A stretch of DNA of 64,000 nucleotides. Origin: Ardenticatenaceae bacterium (lineage in GTDB: Bacteria; Chloroflexota; Anaerolineae; Ardenticatenales; Ardenticatenaceae). How positions within the stretch are numbered: position 1 is the stretch's first letter; every line of letters begins with the position of its first letter. Location of the stretch: positions 1,342 to 65,341 of the forward strand of contig WFWG01000353.1 in the NCBI GenBank assembly GCA_015491235.1. Reading direction: 5' to 3'. The notes under the pieces were generated by a model. The model saw only the letters and a program-made list of their open reading frames with translations, was not told the origin of the DNA and made no database searches. The position numbers and the translations under genes are program-made. Positions 54,114-63,345 of this stretch are shown in pieces.

Positions 54114-54141
54114 ATTATAGATATATTGACGGGCAGCGCAA
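54114..54141 (-). promoter_or_regulatory. possible promoter for the IDO gene
   Basis: The minus strand reads TTGCGC (54136-54141), a 16-nt spacer, then TATAAT (54114-54119). This sits in an AT-rich patch of the 461-bp divergent intergenic region. Confidence 0.3.
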
Positions 54142-54406
54142 AATATGACGGTGTGCATATTACGTGCGGGGACACCCCTGAACGTCAAGGCTTCAATCCG
54201 ATTTTGACGTTCATCGTCGCTGGGGGTACAATGCTTCCACATGTTATTGGTGTTTCCGAGGGAAAAGGGCAAAGGGGCTCACTTGTGCCGTCAGGTGAGC
54301 CCTTTGTGTTATCCAAGGCCCATCGCGCGAAGCGCACAATCGGGTACTGTCCTTAACCGTTATTGGTGTACAAGGGAGAATGTAGCCACGTTTTAGGTGA
54401 TCGAAC

Positions 54407-57130
54407 ATGGTGGGAGCGAGCGAAGCGGTCGAACGGCTAGCCCGCTTGCAATCCATACTGGAAACACTGGTGGAGTTTGAGGAGGCGTTCCAGTTCGACG
54501 AGGCCTGGGAGCGCATCATCCGCGACGCCGTCCACCTGATGCGGGCCACACGGGGCACCCTCTTCCTGGTAGACCGCGACCGCAACCGGCTCATTCCGCG
54601 CGTCTGGTACGGGCAGCCCTGGCACGGCCAAGGGCGTCCCCGCGGGTACGCGCGGGGTGAGGGCATTGCCGGGCGCGTGTGGATGACCGGCGAGCCGATC
54701 AACTCTCCCGACGTGCGGGCTGACCCACGTTTTCGGCGCTCCAACGATCCTCGCTGGAATGAAATCCGCTCACTCCTCTGCGTGCCCATCCGCGTTCGGG
54801 AGCGGGTGATCGGCGTCATTGCGGTGGACAGCACGCGCGAGAACGCCTTTCAGGAGGAGGACGAACGGCTCCTCACCACACTGGCCCGCCACGTGGCCAA
54901 TGCCTTCGAGCGGGCCAAGCTCTACCAGGGACTCAGCGACCTGCGGGCTATCGGTGAACGGCTGAACAAGATGGGGCCACGGGCCGAGTACCGGCAGACA
55001 CTCCAAAGCATCGTCGAAAAGGCCGTTCGAGTGGTGGCGGCTGGCGCCTCCAGTGCAGGTGAAGCGGCTGCGGTCATCTACGGCTACGACCCGGAGCGTG
55101 GCACCTTCGACCGCGCCTCCCGGGTGGCAGCCGGTTGGCACGAAGATGTTCACATTGACGATTACCCACGCCCGGGCGGGTTGGGGGAGCGGGCCGTACA
55201 ACAGCGCCGTCGCGTCCTTTCCTACGAGGAGACCGACGTGGAATTGCACCCCGCCCAGCAAGCCCAGGGGGCGGCGGCTGTGGCGGTCTACCCGCTCATC
55301 GCCGCCGACGAGGTGTTGGGCGTGCTCTACATCACGCTGCGCGACGAACGCCGCTTCAGCCGCCAGGAACTCATGTTGCTGGACAACTTCGTCAACCAGG
55401 CGGCCTTGGCTCTCTACCACACGCGGCAGATTCAGGATGCGTACCGCGTGCTGGCCCGCAAAGTTTACGAGCTTGAACAATTACGCCGGGCCGACGCGCT
55501 CATCAGCCAGCGCCCACGGTTGAAGGAGGCGTTGGCCGAACTCCTGCACATCGCGCTGGAGATCACTGGTGCCAAGTATGGCTCCTTCCGACTCTACAAC
55601 AGGGAAACCAACCAACTGGAGCTGGTGGCCGCCGCGGGCGTGACTCCCTCGTCGGCTGTCCAGCAACCCCTTCCCCTGGACGAAAGCAGCGTCATGGGGC
55701 AGGCCGTGTTGCAACGCCGCCCTATTCGGATTGACGACGTGCAGGCGTCACCGTGGGCCGGCGTGTACCGCCCCCTACTCACTGACCCGCCCATGCAGTC
55801 TGAGTTGGTTGTGCCCCTCTTCAGCGCTGGCGGAGGACTGGAAGGGGTGTTGAACATCGAAAGTCCGGAACCGGCCGCCTTCAGCGAGGAGGACGAACGG
55901 CTGGTAGTGGCCTTGGCCACACAGGCAGTCATCGCCATTCAGGAGATCAAGCTGCTGGATACCATGGCCGAGCTGACTGAGGCCACTTTGACCCACAGCC
56001 GTGAGGAGTTGTTCGAGTTGATCATAAGGCGGGCATGTGAGCTTATCAACGCGCCTTTGGGGGCCATCTGGCGGCTGATTGAAGAGAACAGGCAACCTGT
56101 GCTTGTCCTCCAAGCTGCCAGCGGGGGCCACCGGCGCGGCGATCGTTTGCCTTTGGAAAGCAGCCTCACCGGGCAAGCGGTGCTTACCCGCGCCCCGGTA
56201 ACCGCTGACGACGTACAAAACGAACCGGCCTTCTATTATGTGGACTTGGCGCGCCAACAAGGATGGCGGTCCGCGCTCATCGTGCCACTGCTGGCGCGGG
56301 ACGGGGAGCCGGTGGGCGCCTTTAGCCTCTACACTACCGAGCCGCGCACCTTCAGCGATTGGGACAAGCGCCTGCTGAGTGTGCTGGCCAACCACGCGGC
56401 CATCGCTATCCGTGATGCGGAAATTCTGGAATCGCTGCGGGAGGCCCGCGAGCGGCAGGCCGTGGCCGAGGCTTTTGCCGCCGTGGGAGACATCGCCGCC
56501 AACCTGCTCCACCGACTCAACAACCAGATCGGCACCATTCCGGTGCGCGTCCAAGGCATCGAGGCCAAGTGCGCAGCCGAACTTCAGAACGAGTACCTGG
56601 CTAAGAACCTGGCTGCCATTGCCGAGAGTGCCCGCCAGGCCATGCAAACCGTACGCGAAACACTGCGCCACCTTCGGCCTGTTGAAACGACATCTGTTCG
56701 CGTGGGCGAAGCCATTTTGGACGCGCTGCGGGAGATCCACATTCCCCCCGAGATCATCCTCCGAGTCGAGCAGGTGGACACACTGCCGCCAGTGCGGGCC
56801 AGCCAATCGCAGCTTTCTCTGGTTTTCGTCAACCTGTTGGAGAATGCCATCGAGGCAATGGGAGGAGAGGGAAGCATTGTCATTCGCGGCCGACCTGACG
56901 GCGATCACGTCCTGATCGAGGTCAAGGACACAGGCCCTGGCATACCACCTGAGTGGCAAACGCGCGTTTTCGACCTTCATTTTTCCGGGACGAACGAGGA
57001 CCGCAAGCTGGGCTTCGGCTTGTGGTGGGTACGGACACTGTTACACCGCTTCGGCGGAAACATTTCACTGGAGAGCCGGGTGGGTGAAGGAACCTGCTTC
57101 CTGATCCGGCTCCCAATATGGGAGGAATGA
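54407..57130 (+). CDS. multi-GAF sensor histidine kinase
   Basis: 907 aa. About four GAF-like modules, each ending in ...SELVVPL / SALIVPL-type strands. These are followed by a dimerisation/His region (ANLLHRLNNQIG) and HATPase_c (NLLENAIEAM...DTGPGIP...GFGLW). Confidence 0.85.
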   Translation: MVGASEAVERLARLQSILETLVEFEEAFQFDEAWERIIRDAVHLMRATRGTLFLVDRDRNRLIPRVWYGQPWHGQGRPRGYARGEGIAGRVWMTGEPINSPDVRADPRFRRSNDPRWNEIRSLLCVPIRVRERVIGVIAVDSTRENAFQEEDERLLTTLARHVANAFERAKLYQGLSDLRAIGERLNKMGPRAEYRQTLQSIVEKAVRVVAAGASSAGEAAAVIYGYDPERGTFDRASRVAAGWHEDVHIDDYPRPGGLGERAVQQRRRVLSYEETDVELHPAQQAQGAAAVAVYPLIAADEVLGVLYITLRDERRFSRQELMLLDNFVNQAALALYHTRQIQDAYRVLARKVYELEQLRRADALISQRPRLKEALAELLHIALEITGAKYGSFRLYNRETNQLELVAAAGVTPSSAVQQPLPLDESSVMGQAVLQRRPIRIDDVQASPWAGVYRPLLTDPPMQSELVVPLFSAGGGLEGVLNIESPEPAAFSEEDERLVVALATQAVIAIQEIKLLDTMAELTEATLTHSREELFELIIRRACELINAPLGAIWRLIEENRQPVLVLQAASGGHRRGDRLPLESSLTGQAVLTRAPVTADDVQNEPAFYYVDLARQQGWRSALIVPLLARDGEPVGAFSLYTTEPRTFSDWDKRLLSVLANHAAIAIRDAEILESLREARERQAVAEAFAAVGDIAANLLHRLNNQIGTIPVRVQGIEAKCAAELQNEYLAKNLAAIAESARQAMQTVRETLRHLRPVETTSVRVGEAILDALREIHIPPEIILRVEQVDTLPPVRASQSQLSLVFVNLLENAIEAMGGEGSIVIRGRPDGDHVLIEVKDTGPGIPPEWQTRVFDLHFSGTNEDRKLGFGLWWVRTLLHRFGGNISLESRVGEGTCFLIRLPIWEE

Positions 57131-58209
57131 GGATGACTTGGCGAGCACTGATCGTGGAAGATGAGCCGGCCTGGCGCGAGTTGCTGGCTGAGATGTTGAC
57201 CGACCTGGGCGCTACGGTGCGCACAGCCGCTGACTACGACGCGGCCATAGCGGCGCTGGTTGATGGGCCCTATCAACTGGCCCTAATTGACCTGGCCTTG
57301 GCCGGGCCGGACCACGAGAACCGGGATGGCCTGCGCGTGCTGGCCCGGTTCCGGCAGCGCTGGCCCGAAGGGCGCGCGATTCTCATCACCGGGTACGGCA
57401 CGGTGGAACTGGCCGTTCGTGCCCTGACGGAGTACGGCGCCAGTGACTTCATTCGCAAGGAGGCATTCGACCGCGAGCGCTTTCTGGAATCCGTGCAACG
57501 AGTCACGCGCTCGTTTGTGACTGTTCCACCGTTGCCTCGAACGGCGCCCCCCCTGGTGGACTCGACGCCTCAACCGCGCCCTCAACCAGCCGGAGCAGGG
57601 CGTGTGCTGGTAGTGGAGGATAACGCGGCCTGGCAGGCCATTTATGCGGAATTGTGCGAGGATCTGGGATGTTCCATGCGAGTGGCTGTGAGTTATGGTG
57701 AAGCCCGCGGCTGGCTCCAGCGCGAGGCGTATGACCTGGTGGTCGTAGACCTTATGCTCGTCAGCAGCCGGGCGCCCCTGGAAAACCGCGACGGCTTTCA
57801 CCTGCTGCGCATTACACGGGAGAAAGGGATTCCAACGGTTGTGGTCAGCGCCCTGGCTGATCCACAGGAAATTGACCGGGCTTACGAGGAATTCGAGATT
57901 TTTGCCTTCTTCGACAAAGAAGGTTTTCGCCGGGACGCCTTTTTGCACGTGGCCCGCCAGGCGTTGGGACAGCGAGAGGAGCCCTTGCACACCTCGGTGC
58001 CGCCCGATTCCCCTTTGGCCGGCCTGACTGAGCGTCAGCTTGAAGTACTTCGCCTGCTGGCCCAGGGCAAAACAAACAAGGAGATTGCCGAGGAACTCGT
58101 CGTCACGACGAACACGGTGAAGAAGCACATCCTGGCTATCTACCAGAAGCTGGGCGTAAATAGCCGGGCGGCGGCCGCTGCTGAGGCCGCTAAGTATGGG
58201 TTGAAGTAG
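57127..58209 (+). CDS. response regulator with two receiver domains and a LuxR-type HTH
   Basis: REC1 (ALIVEDEP...LALIDLAL), REC2 (VLVVEDNA...LVVVDLML), and a C-terminal LTERQLEVLRLLAQGKTNKEIAEEL...VKKHI. Start candidates are 57118, 57127 and 57133, and 57127 overlaps the kinase stop as ATGA. Confidence 0.85.
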   Translation: MRMTWRALIVEDEPAWRELLAEMLTDLGATVRTAADYDAAIAALVDGPYQLALIDLALAGPDHENRDGLRVLARFRQRWPEGRAILITGYGTVELAVRALTEYGASDFIRKEAFDRERFLESVQRVTRSFVTVPPLPRTAPPLVDSTPQPRPQPAGAGRVLVVEDNAAWQAIYAELCEDLGCSMRVAVSYGEARGWLQREAYDLVVVDLMLVSSRAPLENRDGFHLLRITREKGIPTVVVSALADPQEIDRAYEEFEIFAFFDKEGFRRDAFLHVARQALGQREEPLHTSVPPDSPLAGLTERQLEVLRLLAQGKTNKEIAEELVVTTNTVKKHILAIYQKLGVNSRAAAAAEAAKYGLK

Positions 58210-58630
58210 CCCGTTGCCCCTCGCTTTCGTGAACTCAAGCAATGTGGACAGTCGGTCCTCGCAAGCAAGCAGCTTTTTTTCTTGAAAAATCATCCCCATA
58301 GTACTATTCCGTTTTACGTGTCCATTTTTTAAAATAGAAGTAGCCCTGGAAGGCAAATGTCCCTTTGAGGGAACAGACAATTTTCATTCCGACATCGCAA
58401 CCAAACGTCACTGACGACGGAGATAACGAGAAATGGAGACCACAACGGTGACCCGAAAACCGACACACGTTTTGCTGGAGAAAATTCTGCGGCGATCCAA
58501 GGGTGAACACCGCCCTTTTCCTCAACGAGTGAGCGAGAGAACAGAGCCTGGCAATGGACACGTACAAAACCAAGAGTGGTCTGTCCGAAAGACAGACGTG
58601 TTGCGGCCACCGGTCGGGTTTTGTTACGAG

Positions 58631-59017
58631 ATGATTTTGGACTTGTTTTTCAACGCCCGCCACTTCGTTGTGATGGACGGACAACAGGGGCCAGAACACC
58701 CCCACTCTTACCGCGTTCAGGTGCGGTGTCGAAGCCGGGCACTGCACCCTCAGAATCATGTCCTGGTAGGATACCAGGAGCTTCGAGAGCGGGTGAAACA
58801 AGTTATTAAGGCGTACAACGGCACCTTGCTGAACGAATTGCCCGTTTTCCGTCACCTTCAACCCACGACTGAAAACCTGGCTGGTGTGCTGTACCAGCAA
58901 TTGAACGTTGTCCTGAAGGACATGCCCATCGAGTTGGTCAGCGTCACCGTTTGGGAGTCGCCCACCGAGGGAATTGTATTTCGGCGAGATGATGCGCCAA
59001 GTCTCTCCTTGAGCTGA
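58631..59017 (+). CDS. divergent 6-pyruvoyl-tetrahydropterin synthase / QueD-fold protein
   Basis: MILDLFFNARHFVV...EHPHSYRVQV...LLNELPVF..LQPTTENLAGVLY follows the QueD/PTPS layout (His, HxH, PT-EN). The alternative upstream start 58433 adds 66 low-complexity residues. The region has low G+C. Confidence 0.55.
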   Translation: MILDLFFNARHFVVMDGQQGPEHPHSYRVQVRCRSRALHPQNHVLVGYQELRERVKQVIKAYNGTLLNELPVFRHLQPTTENLAGVLYQQLNVVLKDMPIELVSVTVWESPTEGIVFRRDDAPSLSLS

Positions 59018-59265
59018 CCAACACCGGCAGTGCTCGACCACACAGGTTTCTGGGCAAATCTGGGTGGTCGTTTGCGAACAAAAGAGAGGATACATTTTTC
59101 TATTGCGCACTTCGCTCGCAATTGGACGGTGGACTTTCCTTTCTGCGGTATAGGTCGCTACACGGTTTTTGTGAGAAGCCTGTGTGACCGAACAGAAGTC
59201 CGGTTGCGTAATACAACGCATGATGAATAGACACGGCCAACAAGGTGAACCACAGGTTTGTCGCC

Positions 59266-61761
59266 ATGCGGCGAGTCCTTCTCGCTTGTATAAGTCTTGT
59301 ATTGCTAGCCCTTTTGTTCTACCGGGGGATTCTCTTCGGCGTCTCCCCGGAGGATGTTCCTTGGGCTTCGGACACGCTTGGCCACGTGCTGAAAGCTGAA
59401 TATCTCCGCGACCAGGTCGAACAGGGCGTCCTCTACCCCGACTTCTTCCCTCACTGGTACATGGGCCTCCAGATGCTTCGCTACCACCCCCCACTTCCTT
59501 ATTACATGTTAGCGGGGCTTTCTTACGTGACCGGCACCATGGTTCAGGCGGCCAACTGGTTCATCGTCCTGTGCACACTGGCTGGCGCGTTGACAGTGCT
59601 CTTGTACCAGCGCTGGGTCGGGTTGTGGCCTGCGTGGATAGGCGGAATCTTCTTTTTGATGTTGCCAGACAATGTGCGCGTGGCCTTTGCCGAGGGCAAC
59701 TTGCCCCGTGTGCTCGCCACGGCGTTCCTTCCACTGGCCCTCTACTGCTTGGTGCGCATTTTGGAACCTGACGGCGGGCGCCGTCACGCGGTGGGGCTGG
59801 CTATTTGCTTCCTGCTGATTACCCTGAGCCACGCCATGATGGCGGCTATTTACGCGGTGTGCTTAGCTGTGTTGGCTCTGTTATTGGGCCTTTTCAGGGC
59901 CACGGCCGGCAGGCGCCTGCTTTTGGGCATTGGGAGCATCGGGACAGGTTTGCTCTTGGCCGGGTGGTGGCTGTTGCCCAGCCTTACGGGGGGCATCACC
60001 ACGCTTGACGCCGAGGCCTTGACGCAAGCACAAGCCGTCTTTCCCCTCCTTCATTTCTTGAATCCTTTCGTCCGGCAGGAGAACCCGGAGTACGTCTACG
60101 TTGGGGCCGTTTTGCTCCTCGTGAGTCTCCTGGGGGTATTTGTAAGGGAGGGGCGCACGAAGCACAGCACAACCTTCACCCTCGTGGGGTTGGGGGGCGT
60201 GCTGATCACAACGCCCGGGTTCAACGATCTGTTTAACGCACTTCCGCTCCACAACTTGCTGTGGCCGTTGCGCTTTTTGGGAATAGCCAGCTTCTTGCTC
60301 CTGTTGGCCGTGCTGTGGCGCCTTCAGGGGTGGTGGGCGCGCACCCCCCTGTTCACAACCGGGCTGATCGTGCTCATGGCCGTGGACATGGCCGGATCGC
60401 TCCCGCTCATTTACCTGCGCCCGTTGTCGAACGAACTCGTGCAAGTGGCCACACGCCTCGCTACCACGCCGGGATGGCGAGAGGCAACCCTCGACAAAAG
60501 TCGCTTGGGCAGCGCGGCGGCTTATGCCTTTACGAAGCTGGGGCAACGGGAGCAAATTTATGGCTGGGCCTATCAGGCCGCGGCGACGGCCCCCAGCGTG
60601 GCCGCACTCAACGAGGCGCTGGTGTACGGCGCTTACGACTACGTGCTCGACCGCTTGACCCTTTACGGCGCTGACGACGTCGTCCTGCTGAAAGGGCAGC
60701 CCTTCACCGAGCCAATGGCCGCCGCGTTGCAGGCGGATGGCTTTCGCCAGCTTCACGAAGGGGACCGCCTGTTGCTCTTTCACCGCGACGGCAGCCCGCG
60801 CGCGTACAGAGGCCCCTGGCGCGTGTTGGGCATTGGGCGAGGAGCGCGGCTGATGGCCATGTTGTTCCCCCAAATTATCGTCGGCACCTCTCCATACGTG
60901 GACGACTATACGCCAGAAATGTGGCGCCAGTACGAAGTAGTGGTGCTTTCCGGCTTCGCGTGGCACGATCGCTCAGCGGCAGAGCAAGTAGTAGTCCAGG
61001 CTGCCCAAGCCGGCGTGCGCGTGGTGGTGGACTTGACCGGTGCGCCTCAAGACCCACTGGCGCGCATTCCGCGCTTCCTGGGCGTGTGGGGAGAGCGCGT
61101 CGTGCTCGACGATCGCCCTGTCGAAGTCTATACAGGTGAAGAGCAGGTGACTTTGCGTCCTTTTGCTGCACCTTCTCGCCTGTGGTACACCCACGTGCCC
61201 CAAGGATTAGATGCCGAGATCGTCACGTTCAACTACTTGGGAGAACGCGGAACGGTCGTAGGCTCCAAGCAAGTGGGAAGCGCTCGCGTCTGGTTCGTAG
61301 GCCTTAACCTTTCCTACCACGCACTTACCACGAACGATGAGAAGGCCCTGAGGCTTCTGGCCGACGTGATGCAACTGCCCCCCCACGAGCGAGCTTCCCT
61401 TATTCCTGTTCCACTGGCCGATTACCGAACGTTGGCGACCGGCTACGAGTTCACCTACACGCTCGATGAACCAGCATGGCTGCTCGTTCCGGTGGCCTCC
61501 TTCGACGGCACCCGGCTGCTCGTGGACGGCGTGCCCGTCGAGGCGCGCTCAGTGGAGACATTGGTGTTCTTCCGGGCACCGCCTGGACGGCATCTCGTAA
61601 CCGTCCAAATCGCACCAACGCCGGTATATCGCGCTGGCCGGGCAGTCAGCGTGCTTGGCCTTGTAGTGTTGGTTATGTTGTCGTTATGGGGATGGCGGAC
61701 ACCGCGCGCTGTGAAGCTGCAACCGAGGGAGGCATGGTACCCGTGGGGCGAAGCCCCTTGA
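59266..61761 (+). CDS. large polytopic membrane protein, YfhO / PTPS-related (GT-C-like) family
   Basis: About 831 aa. The N-terminal loop reads SDTLGHVLKAEYLRDQVEQGVLYPDFFPHWYMG. There are many TM helices. The C-terminal module LVDGVPVEA...PPGRHLVTVQ plus a terminal TM is shared with 27044..28810 and 30288..32039. Confidence 0.65.
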   Translation: MRRVLLACISLVLLALLFYRGILFGVSPEDVPWASDTLGHVLKAEYLRDQVEQGVLYPDFFPHWYMGLQMLRYHPPLPYYMLAGLSYVTGTMVQAANWFIVLCTLAGALTVLLYQRWVGLWPAWIGGIFFLMLPDNVRVAFAEGNLPRVLATAFLPLALYCLVRILEPDGGRRHAVGLAICFLLITLSHAMMAAIYAVCLAVLALLLGLFRATAGRRLLLGIGSIGTGLLLAGWWLLPSLTGGITTLDAEALTQAQAVFPLLHFLNPFVRQENPEYVYVGAVLLLVSLLGVFVREGRTKHSTTFTLVGLGGVLITTPGFNDLFNALPLHNLLWPLRFLGIASFLLLLAVLWRLQGWWARTPLFTTGLIVLMAVDMAGSLPLIYLRPLSNELVQVATRLATTPGWREATLDKSRLGSAAAYAFTKLGQREQIYGWAYQAAATAPSVAALNEALVYGAYDYVLDRLTLYGADDVVLLKGQPFTEPMAAALQADGFRQLHEGDRLLLFHRDGSPRAYRGPWRVLGIGRGARLMAMLFPQIIVGTSPYVDDYTPEMWRQYEVVVLSGFAWHDRSAAEQVVVQAAQAGVRVVVDLTGAPQDPLARIPRFLGVWGERVVLDDRPVEVYTGEEQVTLRPFAAPSRLWYTHVPQGLDAEIVTFNYLGERGTVVGSKQVGSARVWFVGLNLSYHALTTNDEKALRLLADVMQLPPHERASLIPVPLADYRTLATGYEFTYTLDEPAWLLVPVASFDGTRLLVDGVPVEARSVETLVFFRAPPGRHLVTVQIAPTPVYRAGRAVSVLGLVVLVMLSLWGWRTPRAVKLQPREAWYPWGEAP

Positions 61762-61808
61762 CGTGAGTATCGCATTGGAGTGGAGACGTACCTTTTGCAC
61801 GACCACGT

Positions 61809-61837
61809 TTTACAGGTGGGAACGGCATAAGTACAAT
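61809..61837 (+). promoter_or_regulatory. sigma-70-like promoter
   Basis: TTTACA (61809-61814), a 17-nt spacer, then TACAAT (61832-61837). Confidence 0.45.
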
Positions 61838-61970
61838 GTACCGGTACAAACGCTGGCAAAAGTGAGCACTCCACCGTGAATTTTGAGAAATACGACAACG
61901 GAGGCACATGGTCGTCGGAGCCGAAAGCATGTACGCGCATCACCAGCATGGGCAAGGGAAAAAAGACGGC

Positions 61971-62711
61971 ATGAGCCGGAACAGCCGCCTTCTGCTGTTC
62001 GTGTTGCTGGGCACCTTTCTGTTCTTCACGGCCATTGGTTTGGCCTACGCGGCTGGCCCCATTGTGCTGGACAGCCAGTTTGGCGATTGGGCCGGGCAGC
62101 CCAACGTGCCCGACCCCCAGGGAGACGCTATTGCTGCCGCGGACGTGCTGGCTTTCTTCTTCGGAACGAACCCGAACGAGGAAACAGCCTACTTCATGGT
62201 CCAGCGAGTAAGCTCGAAGAAGCGACTTATCCTGCTGTTGCGCATTGACACGAACAATAACGGCGTGTATGCCGAACCGCAGGATCGTCTCATCTTGGTG
62301 CAGTACAAGCCGACGGGCAACGCATCCAAGGTAGACGTGACGTTGCTGGCAGGCACAGGACAATTCATCAAAACAATCGCCAACGGCGCCGATTGGGGGG
62401 AAAGCAAACAGGAAGGCGGACAGCGCGTTGAGTGGGGCGTCACCTTTGCCGATTTGGGCATTCTGCCCGGCCAGACGATTCGGATGAGCTTGTTGGCAAC
62501 CACGAAAAGCAAAGGGTGCGACTTTGACGACGACGATTTTGAAGAGGACGATCTCGGAGAGATCCTGGACCACGATGAAAACAGAAGGTGCATTGACATG
62601 GTGAATGAAGTTCAGTGGAGCCCGGCCAACGCCTTGGGGCGCACACTCGTGTTCGCCTTAGCCGTGGCAGGGAGTTTGTTCCTCGCGTGGCAGCGGAGGA
62701 GGCTGGGGTGA
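61971..62711 (+). CDS. secreted protein with acidic stretch and C-terminal TM plus basic tail (sorting-signal-like)
   Basis: Start MSRNSRLLLFVLLGTFLFFTAIGLAYA (signal peptide). The C-terminus is DFDDDDFEEDDLGE...WSPANALGRTLVFALAVAGSLFLAWQRRRLG. Its stop overlaps the next gene (GTGA). Confidence 0.6.
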   Translation: MSRNSRLLLFVLLGTFLFFTAIGLAYAAGPIVLDSQFGDWAGQPNVPDPQGDAIAAADVLAFFFGTNPNEETAYFMVQRVSSKKRLILLLRIDTNNNGVYAEPQDRLILVQYKPTGNASKVDVTLLAGTGQFIKTIANGADWGESKQEGGQRVEWGVTFADLGILPGQTIRMSLLATTKSKGCDFDDDDFEEDDLGEILDHDENRRCIDMVNEVQWSPANALGRTLVFALAVAGSLFLAWQRRRLG

Positions 62712-63304
62712 CGTGGTGGACTCTCGGGCTGTTTTGGTTCTGGCTGTTGGGTGTTCTCTTCCTGCGCCGGTATCGCGTGTGGCTGCTCTACTACCTCTTG
62801 GGAAGCGTGGGAGCGGCCTACTGGATCATCCTGATAGCCAGGAATGTGCTGGGACTGGAGCCGCTGCTGGCTCACTCAGTGGCCCAGGCCGTTCACGTTG
62901 TAGCCGGCCTAGCAGGCATCGAGACACGTATTTTCCGCAACGCTCCCGGCATTCTCCTGGTGCTGGTCGTCGCGCAACCGGTGGGGTGGACAGTGCTTCA
63001 AATTGGCGTGGAATCGTCGGGGCTGTTGGGAATCGGCGTGTTGATCAGCCTGTTGGGGTTTTACCCGGGCTGGTCTTCACTTCGCCGGGTGGGCAGCATT
63101 TTCGTGGGGGTGTTGGCATCGTGGGCTGCCAACGTGGTGCGCTTGTTCGTCATTGTGGTGCTGCTTCACTTGTACGGCAAGGAGGCACTGGTGCTGGCGC
63201 ACACGTTCGTCGGCAAGTTGGTCTTCTTTGTGCTGACAATTGCCATTTACTGGTATCTGATCACACGGCCGTCAGCACACCGGCCACTTCCCGCCCAGGC
63301 GTGA
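62708..63304 (+). CDS. exosortase/archaeosortase-family-like membrane protein (Ser at the expected Cys position)
   Basis: GTG 62708. About 198 aa and all-TM. IGVESSGLLGIGVL (the family normally has CSG), AANVVRLFVIVV (N-x-x-R) and LAHTFVGKLVFF (H-x-x-x-G) are present. Confidence 0.6.
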   Translation: MTWWTLGLFWFWLLGVLFLRRYRVWLLYYLLGSVGAAYWIILIARNVLGLEPLLAHSVAQAVHVVAGLAGIETRIFRNAPGILLVLVVAQPVGWTVLQIGVESSGLLGIGVLISLLGFYPGWSSLRRVGSIFVGVLASWAANVVRLFVIVVLLHLYGKEALVLAHTFVGKLVFFVLTIAIYWYLITRPSAHRPLPAQA

Positions 63305-63345
63305 GACATCGTTGCAAACGGGGTTGAGTGAGGAAGCACGCGACG

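Noticed and set aside
58433-58630. 66-aa N-terminal extension of the PTPS/QueD-like ORF
   Set aside because: The sequence is low-complexity and basic with no counterpart in QueD/PTPS proteins, and the canonical fold starts at the internal Met (58631). It is kept only as an alternative start because neither ATG has a strong RBS.
58304-59494. 396-aa minus-strand ORF spanning the low-GC segment
   Set aside because: It is antisense to the PTPS/QueD-like gene and runs into the start of the 59266 membrane gene. The sequence is Cys/Ser/Arg-rich with no recognisable fold, whereas the plus-strand frame has the QueD motif order.
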